The notes below the pieces were generated by a model. That model did not search any database. It worked only from the letters and a program-made list of their open reading frames with translations, and had not been told where the DNA came from. Made by a program: the position numbers and the translations under genes. A DNA stretch of 64,000 nt from Dudresnaya verticillata (taxonomy: Eukaryota), in the NCBI GenBank assembly GCA_977862235.1, contig OZ374558.1:1612001-1676000 (forward strand), given 5' to 3'. Below, in pieces: positions 1-9,100 of the stretch. Every line of letters begins with the position of its first letter. Within the stretch, counting starts at the first letter, position 1.

Positions 1-2
1 GA

Positions 3-2894
3 ATGTACATGCTACCAGAACCCGAGCCGCACACTTCGGAGGAGCAAGTACTGGCTGTCCCCAGCACGCAGCAAACTACTGAGCTCTGGCATCGACGTCT
101 TGCCCACATCAATTTCCGGGACTTGGCCAAAGTGCACGAGCATGTTGAGGGTGTTCCGGAGTTGGGCTCGACTCATGAAGTGTGTCGGGCTTGTAGACTT
201 GGGAAAGCACACAAACAATCATTCCCAGGGCACTTCCGCCCGGCCAAAGCTGTCGGTGATCTCGTGCATTCCGACATTGTTGGTCCAATCCAGATCTCCT
301 TTCCCGATCGTTTCCGGTATGCCACGACGTTTCTGGATGATAAATCCCGTTTCTTGGTCGTCGCATGTATGAGAAGTCGCCGTATGTTGAGTGCAGCATT
401 TGATCAAGCTTCAGCAAAGTTTATCGAGCTTGGAGGAGCGGAAATAACAAAACTCCACTCAGACGGGGCTCAGGAGTATTTGGCTTTGCAGAAAGATTTG
501 GGAGGAGTTGGAGACAGTGGCAAATCCTTCTCCCCACCTTATACTCCGGAGCTCAATGGAATCGCGGAAAGGGTGAACCGAACCATGGTGGAAGCTGCCG
601 TGACTTTGCTGATCCAGGCTGATCTACCGGGATGTTTGTGGCCGTTTGCACTGAAGCATGTCAACTACGTGCGCAATCGGGTACCACACTCAACCGTTGG
701 GGCTACGCCATACTCGGTCATGACAGGTGATGTTCCTGATTTAAAACATTTAAGAGTGTTTGGATGTGCTGCATATGTCCTAAGGCTCCCACGCGGATCC
801 AAGTTCGAGTCTCGTGCACTTGAGGGGGTGCACTTGGAGACTCTAGAGCATGGGATCTACAGGATATTGGTCACTGGCGGTGACGGTATACCTCGTGTGG
901 TTGAGTCGCGGCATGTCACATTCGACGAGTCCAAATTCCCGGGTGCTCCAAGCCTGTTGGAATATGGGCAGGACGAGGCAGATTCGGATGAAGATTACGA
1001 GTCTAACTCAGAGGCCTCTATTTGCAACTCGGACTCTGATGACGATGTGTCGCTGGGTAACTTTGAGGATGAAGAGGATGCAATTGAAGTTGACACACCT
1101 TCTTCACCTCCACTACCTCCATCAGAACCCAGCTCATTCGAATCTGATGACACGGCTGAGGAAGAAAACGTCTCTGACAATCCTCCGGCTGGTGTGAGTT
1201 CAGACCCAGAACGCCACCAACAGAGTCGATATCCTCGTCGCCAACGTCGCCAGACGTCGAAATGGTTTATGGCAAGCTCTGCACAAGCTGAACAACAGGT
1301 TGCCCTCACAACTGGAGATGAGCCCACTCTTCGAGAGGCCATGTCTGCCACTCCGGAGGAGCGCGGGTTGTGGCAATCTGCCATTGATGATGAGTTCGCA
1401 TCCTTGGAATCCAAAGGCACTTGGGTCCGTGATGACAGTCCCGGTGCACAGCCGCTTCCAACGCACGCCGTGCTGAAAGTTAAACGCAAGTCCGACGGGA
1501 CCGTCGAGCGCTTCAAAGCGCGGGTCGTCGCTGGTGGAAACTTCCAGACGTATGGTGAAGACTACATGGAAACATACGCCCCAGTTGTGTCGTTCTCGCT
1601 GGTGCGCATGTTCCTATACTTGGTACTGTGTTTGAACCTGTTTGTTGCACAGCTAGACGTGAAGACGGCTTTCCTGAATGGTGATCTGGCAGAACACGTG
1701 TGGGTAATGTCACCGCGTGGGATTCCTGGAAGGGAATCTCTCTGTTACAAACTTCTGAAAGCTATGTATGGGCTAAAACAGGCTCACCTAGCTTGGCACA
1801 CCAAGCTGTGTGGTGACCTTGTTAGGATGATGTTTGAGGAATTGCCAAGTGCACCTTGCGTGTTTCGTCGCAAATCCAAGTCTTCTGGATACGCATACAT
1901 CTTGGTGTACGTTGATGACTTGCTCATCCTCGCGCCCACAAAGGCGGAGAGAGACGCCATTGTTAAGGAACTGCAGGGCCTCTACGATCTACGGCTGTCT
2001 GAAGGGGTTGACCTCTTCCTCGGAGTCGAGCTTGGATGGAAGCTAGACTCTGATGGCAGATTTGTGTCCCTCAAGATGACTCAACAGGTCTACACGGAAA
2101 GTGTTCTTCGTCGATTTGGACTTCAGAACTCTAAGCCGGCTTGTACGCCGATGGTTGAGTCTTTCTTCACTGGACTTTCCGCCGAAGAGGACAAGGCCGT
2201 CGTGTCGGTTGAGACGTACCAGCAGATGATCGGGTCACTTCTGTACTTGGGGCTTCGCACAAGGCTGGACATTTTGGCCTCTGTGCTTATTCTCGCACGG
2301 TTCCAGAAGGCTCCAACTGCGTACTGTCACCGCGGTGCAAAGAGGGTTCTGCGATATCTCCGAGGCACTCACAAGCATGGAGTTACGTACCAGTCCGGAA
2401 GCACTCGTATCCAAGCTTATGTGGACGCTGACTATGCCGGTGACACCACAGACCGAAAATCTATGTCTGGTTACATGGTGAAACTGGGAGATGCAGTGTG
2501 TATTTGGGGATCCAAGAAGCAGTCAACTGTTGCTCTCTCAACTTGCGAGTCGGAGTACTATGCAATGACTCTGGCTGCGAAAGAGACGGTTTGGGTCACG
2601 CGAGTGCTGAAGGAGGCCGACTTGAACGTCGAAGGCCCCGTTCCATTGAGATCAGACAACCAGTCTGCCATCAATTGGGCTACTGGAGAACGCTGTCCGT
2701 CTGGTCGTGCCAAGCATATCGACGTTCGTGTTCACTTCATTCGCGAGCTTGTCGCCGACTCTGTTCTGGAAGTGGTGTATGTGCCGTCAGAAGACAACGA
2801 CGCGGACTTGCTGACAAAGCCACTCGGGCCCACTTTGCTCAATAGGATTCTACCAAGGGTTGGACTTGGAGGAGCCATCGAGGAGGAGTGTTGA
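3..2894 (+). CDS. pol: Copia pol of copy A, partial (integrase, RT, RNase H)
   Basis: LWHRRLAH..CRAC zinc finger, VHSD/HSDG/E DDE integrase, QLDVKTAFL, YGLKQA, YVDD, YVDADYAG, KHIDVR. IN precedes RT, which is the copia order. Confidence 0.97.
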   Translation: MYMLPEPEPHTSEEQVLAVPSTQQTTELWHRRLAHINFRDLAKVHEHVEGVPELGSTHEVCRACRLGKAHKQSFPGHFRPAKAVGDLVHSDIVGPIQISFPDRFRYATTFLDDKSRFLVVACMRSRRMLSAAFDQASAKFIELGGAEITKLHSDGAQEYLALQKDLGGVGDSGKSFSPPYTPELNGIAERVNRTMVEAAVTLLIQADLPGCLWPFALKHVNYVRNRVPHSTVGATPYSVMTGDVPDLKHLRVFGCAAYVLRLPRGSKFESRALEGVHLETLEHGIYRILVTGGDGIPRVVESRHVTFDESKFPGAPSLLEYGQDEADSDEDYESNSEASICNSDSDDDVSLGNFEDEEDAIEVDTPSSPPLPPSEPSSFESDDTAEEENVSDNPPAGVSSDPERHQQSRYPRRQRRQTSKWFMASSAQAEQQVALTTGDEPTLREAMSATPEERGLWQSAIDDEFASLESKGTWVRDDSPGAQPLPTHAVLKVKRKSDGTVERFKARVVAGGNFQTYGEDYMETYAPVVSFSLVRMFLYLVLCLNLFVAQLDVKTAFLNGDLAEHVWVMSPRGIPGRESLCYKLLKAMYGLKQAHLAWHTKLCGDLVRMMFEELPSAPCVFRRKSKSSGYAYILVYVDDLLILAPTKAERDAIVKELQGLYDLRLSEGVDLFLGVELGWKLDSDGRFVSLKMTQQVYTESVLRRFGLQNSKPACTPMVESFFTGLSAEEDKAVVSVETYQQMIGSLLYLGLRTRLDILASVLILARFQKAPTAYCHRGAKRVLRYLRGTHKHGVTYQSGSTRIQAYVDADYAGDTTDRKSMSGYMVKLGDAVCIWGSKKQSTVALSTCESEYYAMTLAAKETVWVTRVLKEADLNVEGPVPLRSDNQSAINWATGERCPSGRAKHIDVRVHFIRELVADSVLEVVYVPSEDNDADLLTKPLGPTLLNRILPRVGLGGAIEEEC

Positions 2895-3962
2895 GGACAT
2901 GGTCGCTGGCGCCTCACGTCACGGGTCAGGCACCCCAGATGGCACCCTGGCACGCTGTCACCAAACCTTCCGGAGACGACAGCCCTTTTTCCGGGCTTCC
3001 AAAATCACGGCGCATTTAGGCCTTTTGCAAAAGCAGCGTGAAACGGGCTTCTGATTGGTTGTTACAAACCGCCTCCATGGTCTATATGGCTTACAAGTGT
3101 TGTGCTGGAATTGGCGGTTATAACAGGAACGGCCAAGTGGAACGATCTGATTGGACCACATGGATGCACGTGGTATGGCATGGAATGGTGTTGGTATGAC
3201 TCGCACTGTACTCCACAAGTACACATGAACGTGCCATGCAATGTGCTGATGGCGTCCGAGTTGGTACTGCAGGGACTTGCGCTACGTGGAGCCTGACTTG
3301 TGATATCAGCAGATGCAGTTGTTGTGCGGCCGACACGTTGGTTTACAGTTGGCACGTAGCTGTTGTGCGGCCGACACGTTGGTTTACAGTTGGCACGTAG
3401 CTGTCGTGCGGCCGACACGTTGGTTTACAGTTATCACGTAGCTGTCGTGCGGCCGATACGTTGGTTTACAGCTGCCACGTAGGCAAATCTGGGTGATTAC
3501 GTGGTCAATGATCCAAGTTGGATATTCATGGACGGACTTGAGCTGGTAAGTGCGGCCACGTGGTGTGCAGTGTTGTCCAACAGCAGCCATGCGGGGACAC
3601 TCGATACTTTCACGTTCCCGCCCAAAGTTGGAGTACATATGGATGGCAGGAAATGCGGTCGCAAGAGGGATTGCTGATGTTAGCAGTTAGCAACACTGGT
3701 GTGCAAGTTCCCGCCCATTTTGGTGGCGGATGTGAGTGTGCTGAGAGTATGATTTGGTAGATTTAATTGCTTTACTTTTTCCCGCCCATTTGATGATAGG
3801 GATTTTGGGCGTTTCTTTAATGATTTGTTTTGCTTGTGTTCACGCAGCAACTCATCCGAAAAGCTGATATAAGCCATGTCGGATGGTCGACTGCAGTAAA
3901 CGAAGTCAAGCGACTTCCATTTCTCATCTTGTTCAACTCCAACCTCTCCATATTCCTTTTCA
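2889..3962 (+). repeat. 3' LTR of copia A (1074 bp, four 41-bp repeats)
   Basis: TGTTGAGG...CCTTTTCA, preceded by PPT GAGGAGGAG. Confidence 0.97.
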
Positions 3963-4121
3963 CATGACAGGTGATGTTCCTGATTTAAAACATTTAAGAG
4001 TGTTTGGATGTGCTGCATATGTCCTAAGGCTCCCACGCGGATCCAAGTTCGAGTCTCGTGCACTTGAGGGGGTGCACTTGGAGACTCTAGAGCATGGGAT
4101 CTACAGGATATTGGTCACTGG
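3963..4121 (+). pseudogene. 159-bp integrase fragment of copia C between insertions A and B
   Basis: Matches 8279-8437 (MTGDVPDLKHLRVFGC...RILVTG) and ends in the TSD ACTGG. Confidence 0.93.
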
Positions 4122-4550
4122 TGTTGAGGACATGGTCGCTGGCGCCTCACGTCACGGGTCAGGCACCCCAGATGGCACCCTGGCACGCTGTCACCAAACC
4201 TTCCGGAGACGACAGCCCTTTTTCCGGGCTTCCAAAATCACGGCGCATTTAGGCCTTTTGCAAAAGCAACGTGAAACGGGCTTCTGATTGGTTGTTACAA
4301 ACCGCCTCCATGGTCTATATGGCTTACAAGTGTTGTGCTGGAATTGGCGGTTATAACAGGAACGGCCAAGTGGAACGATCTGATTGGACCACATGGATGC
4401 ACGTGGTATGGCATGGAATGGTGTTGGTATGACTCGCACTGTACTCCACAAGTACACATGAACGTGCCATGCAATGTGCTGATGGCGTCCGAGTTGGTAC
4501 TGCAGGGACTTGCGCTACGTGGAGCCTGACTTGTGATATCAGCAGATGCA

Positions 4551-4714
4551 GTTGTTGTGCGGCCGACACGTTGGTTTACAGTTGGCACGTAGCTGTTGTG
4601 CGGCCGACACGTTGGTTTACAGTTGGCACGTAGCTGTCGTGCGGCCGACACGTTGGTTTACAGTTATCACGTAGCTGTCGTGCGGCCGATACGTTGGTTT
4701 ACAGCTGCCACGTA
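4551..4714 (+). repeat. 41-bp tandem repeat x4 in the LTR (2-4 copies in the other complete LTRs)
   Basis: Unit about GCTGTCGTGCGGCCGACACGTTGGTTTACAGTTGGCACGTA. Confidence 0.95.
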
Positions 4715-5100
4715 GGCAAATCTGGGTGATTACGTGGTCAATGATCCAAGTTGGATATTCATGGACGGACTTGAGCTGGTAAGTGCGGCCACTTGGTGTG
4801 CAGTGTTGTCCGACAGCAGCCATGCGGGGACACTCGATACTTTCACGTTCCCGCCCAAAGTTGGAGTACATATGGATGGCAGGAAATGCGGTCGCAAGAG
4901 GGATTGCTGATGTCAGCAGTTAGCAACACTGGTGTGCAAGTTCCCGCCCATTTTGGTGGCGGATGTGAGTGTGCTGAGAGCATGATTTGGTAGATTTAAT
5001 TGCTTTACTTTTTCCCGCCCATTTGATGATAGGGACTTTGGGCGTATCTTTAATGATTTGTTTTGTTTGTGTTCACGCAGCAACTCATCCGAAAAGCTGA

Positions 5101-5105
5101 TATAA
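5101..5105 (+). promoter_or_regulatory. Candidate TATA box in copia LTR
   Basis: TATAA about 90 nt before the LTR end, downstream of repeated TTCCCGCCCA motifs. Positional inference only. Confidence 0.35.
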
Positions 5106-5195
5106 GCCTTGTCGGATGGTCGACTGCAGTAAACGAAGTCAAGCGACTTCCATTTCTCATCTTGTTCAACTTCAACCTCTCCATATTCCTTTACA

Positions 5196-5209
5196 GGTTA
5201 TGGGCCCAG
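5196..5209 (+). other. Primer binding site, half-tRNAiMet (Hemivirus-type)
   Basis: GGTTATGGGCCCAG directly after the LTR with no TGG. Same as the Drosophila copia-type PBS that pairs with the tRNAiMet anticodon arm. Confidence 0.9.
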
Positions 5210-5295
5210 AAGGTCGACCTACGCAGACTTCATCGCTTCGCTGCAACCTTCTTCCTTTTTCTTTTCATTCTTGATACTGTCCGGTCCCGTCCTGG

Positions 5296-5353
5296 CCTGT
5301 CCTGTCTGCTTGTGTCCTGTCCTGTCGGCTTGTGTCCTGTCCTGTCTGCTTGT
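5296..5353 (+). repeat. 20-bp pyrimidine-rich tandem repeat x3 in copia 5' UTR
   Basis: CCTGTCCTGTC(T/G)GCTTGTGT units, also present in F and H. Confidence 0.85.
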
Positions 5354-6131
5354 TGTCTGTTGAAAGTGGTCCCTATCCCACTGTGTTGGCTTGTGTCTCT
5401 GATTTTGTGAGAGAGTTCTCGAGGCTCTCGTCCGCTGTTGTCTTGGTCCGTGAGCTTGCTGAGAGGTTGAGTGTTGTGCGTGGTGACTCTCGTTAAGTCA
5501 GGACCTCGTTGGCCTAGGGGAGCAGCCTCCAGTAAGATCCAGAACCTTGACACGGTTGGGCCTAGTTCCATTCCTGCAAGAGACTGGACCTGTTCGTGTG
5601 GTGAACACTCGTTTTGAGTTAGTACCCATAAGGTGGACGTCTCGTAAGGATTGCATACTTCGTGTCTGTGTGCGCACGACACGAAAGGGCTGCTGAAAGA
5701 CGCATTTCACCCGGAGAATCATATCCGGGGGCCAGGAGTCCGACTCCTAGGGGTGACTAGGTAGAACCTGGTGCCAGAACATCCCGCGTCAAAAAGACGT
5801 TCAACTATCAAGAATCAACTTTTCAACTTCAAGTTTCAACTTTTCTTCTTCAGTCCAGGTGATCCCATCATCACCTGAGAGTTTCATTACTCCAAGCGTG
5901 GGAGCTACTTGGCAAAGTGTGCTCCGCTTGTGACTGTATTATATTACCGACGTGTTCGACACATTTCTCAGTTTCGTCGTCACGTCTTCGTTGTGTGAGC
6001 TGCACTGCTCTGCTTAACACGACTATTACCCTCTGGGCATCGACACTGTTGCACTAACAGCACTGCCCCAAGTTCACCAAGCTTTCTAAAACTATTCAAG
6101 TCATCTCTTCTCACCATCAGTCCCAACAGCT

Positions 6132-9100
6132 ATGACTGATACCGAAGCCGAGATGGATACTTCGAGCGGGGTCAAGATACCCCGTTTCCACGGCAGGAGA
6201 GGTGACGACTACAGTCTCTGGCGTCATCGCCTTCGTGCCGCATGCCGCATCAAAGGGGTTTGGAATGTTGTCCACACCTCAAACGACACACCGAGCAGCT
6301 CACAGTCAACTGGAGAGGCCTCAGCGGATACTTCCATTCTTCACGCCAGAACCTTGGCCAAACGTGAGAAGGCTTGCGGGATCATTATCTCCGCACTTGG
6401 TGATGCTCCGCTTCGTGTCGTTATGGAGGTTGATGATGACCCCAAACGCATGCTGGAGCTATTGGACTCGCGCTATGCGTCCAGTCGAACCGTATCCCGT
6501 ATCGCCGTACAGACCAAGCTATTCCGTATGACGTACACCGGTCAGAATATGTCCAACTATGTCGACCAGTACACGTCACTGTTCGCCCAACTCGACCGCA
6601 TGGGCAACGACTCGGCGATACCGGAGACACATAAGGCACCTATGCTGCTTGCTTCCATTGATCCGTCCTGCCACCTGGAGTCAACAGCTGCAGCTCTTCG
6701 CACCAAAGATGCTGCTGAGCTGACTTGGGACTACGTCGCAACCACGCTGATCGATGAGTACAACGCCAAAGATTCTCATGGATCAAACGCAGGTGGGAGA
6801 TCCAGTAAGTCGAAGAGTCGTCGGAAGAAGAAAAAGAAGTCCGCGTCGTCAGGTTCTCGCCAGCAACACAACCCGCTGGATGACAACGACGACTCCGATG
6901 ACTCTTCTGATATTGAATCCACCGTCCGTGCGTTGGCGGTTGCACTCAAGTCCGCCAAGCAGGCTCACTCCACCCCGAACCGGCACCTTCACTGTGATGT
7001 TTGCGACAAGGATGGACACACCGCGGATCGATGCTATCTAAATCCGGAAAATCCTAACAACAAGCTTCCTCCAAAGGTGCGACAGATGTTCACCAACCAG
7101 GGCAAAAAGGGCAACGCCAACTCGGCGGTAGCTGCATCTGGTAAGAATAATGGTAAATCTGCAAAGGTAGAAATCGCCGGTGCATCGGTTGAGATGACTA
7201 CTGTTGTTCCTCCGAACGACCAAGGAACGTATGCCGACAGTGGAGCAACTGTGCATTGCTTCCACTCAATGACTTCTTTTGTACCGAGCTCAGTATCGCG
7301 CTGCGAAAAGCGTACTGTAGTGCTTGCGGACAAGTCGTCTGTCACCTCAGACCTATGTGGAGATGTGATTCTGCCGTTTGAGCATGCCAATATTCGGCTC
7401 AAGAAGGCCCTCTTCATCCCGCAGATGGGATACAATCTTGTCTCTACTGGGCGTTTGGCAGATAAAGGAATTGAATCCCACTTTCGCCGCTTGGACGTGC
7501 GCTTGGTACTCGACTCTGATGGGTACTATATTGGATCCGGTGTTCGCGATGCGAGTTCTGGAATGTACATGCTACCAGAACCCGAGCCGCACACTTCGGA
7601 GGAGCAAGTACTGGCTGTCCCCAGCACGCAGCAAACTACTGAGCTCTGGCATCGACGTCTTGCCCACATTAATTTTCGGGACTTGGCCAAAGTGCACGAG
7701 CATGTTGAGGGTGTTCCGGAGTTGGGCTCCACTCATGAAGTGTGTCGGGCTTGTAGGCTTGGGAAAGCACACAAACAATCATTCCCAGGGCACTTCCGCC
7801 CGGCCAAAGCTGTCGGTGATCTCGTGCATTCCGACATTGTGGGTCCAATCCAGATCTCCTTTCCCGATCGTTTCCGGTATGCCACGACGTTTCTGGATGA
7901 TAAATCCCGTTTCTTGGTCGTCGCATGTATGAGAAGTCGCCGTATGTTGAGTGCAGCATTTGATCAAGCTTCAGCAAAGTTTATCGAGCTTGGAGGAGCG
8001 GAAATAACAAAACTCCACTCAGACGGGGCTCAGGAGTATTTGGCTTTGCAGAAAGATTTGGGAGGAGTTGGAGACAGTGGCAAATCCTTCTCCCCACCTT
8101 ATACTCCGGAGCTCAATGGAATCGCGGAAAGGGTGAACCGAACCATGGTGGAAGCTGCCCTGACTTTGCTGATCCAGGCTGATCTACCGGGATGTTTGTG
8201 GCCGTTTGCACTGAAGCATGTCAACTACGTGCGCAATCGGGTACCACACTCAACCGTTGGGGCTACGCCATACTCGGTCATGACAGGTGATGTTCCTGAT
8301 TTAAAACATTTAAGAGTGTTTGGATGTGCTGCATATGTCCTAAGGCTCCCACGCGGATCCAAGTTCGAGTCTCGTGCACTTGAGGGGGTGCACTTGGAGA
8401 CTCTAGAGCATGGGATCTACAGGATATTGGTCACTGGCGGTGACGGTATACCTCGTGTGGTTGAGTCGCGGCATGTCACATTCGACGAGTCCAAATTCCC
8501 GGGTGCTCCAAGCCTGTTGGAATATGGGCAGGACGAGGCAGATTCGGATGAAGATTACGAGTCTAACTCAGAGGCCTCTATTTGCAACTCGGACTCTGAT
8601 GACGATGTATCGCTTGGTAACTTTGAGGATGAAGAGGATGCAATTGAAGTTGACACACCTTCTTCACCTCCACTACCTCCATCAGAACCCAGCTCATTCG
8701 AATCTGATGACACGGCTGAGGAAGAAAACGTCTCTGACAGTCCTCCGGCTGGTGTGAGTTCAGATCCAGAACGCCAGCAACAGAGTCGATATCCTCGTCG
8801 CCAACGTCGCCAGACGTCGAAATGGTTTATGGCAAGCTCTGCACAAGCTGAACAACAGGTTGCCCTCACAACGGGAGATGAGCCAACTCTTCGAGAGGCC
8901 ATGTCTGCCACTCCGGAGGAGCGCGGGTTGTGGCAATCTGCCATTGATGATGAGTTCGCATCCTTGGAATCCAAAGGCACTTGGGTCCGTGATGACAGTC
9001 CCGGTGCACAGCCGCTTCCAACGCACGCCGTGCTGAAAGTTAAACGCAAGTCCGACGGGACGGTCGAGCGCTTCAAAGCGCGGGTCGTCGCTGGTGGAAA

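Larger units (their letters stand above)
1..3962 (+). mobile_element. Ty1/copia LTR retrotransposon copy A, 5' part outside window; 3' end abuts integrase DNA of copy C
   Basis: IN-RT-RNaseH ORF followed by an LTR. After the LTR end (..ttttca 3962) the sequence continues as copia integrase DNA starting CATGA. Confidence 0.95.
4122..5195 (+). repeat. 5' LTR of copia B (1074 bp)
   Basis: TGTTGAGG...CCTTTACA, immediately followed by the PBS. Confidence 0.97.

Noticed and set aside
995..1516. 173-aa Ser-rich antisense ORF within pol
   Set aside because: Shadow frame of the acidic integrase tail.
3318..3481. Regular repeats resembling a CRISPR array
   Set aside because: Head-to-tail 41-bp units without unique spacers, inside an LTR, and no cas genes.
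2860..3760. Many short ORFs (60-120 aa) recurring in each LTR
   Set aside because: They recur only because the LTRs are near-identical. No domain features, and they vary with repeat number.
5230..5682. 150-aa antisense ORF in the copia leader, open in all copies
   Set aside because: Copies are too similar for persistence to imply selection, and part of it is translated simple repeat.
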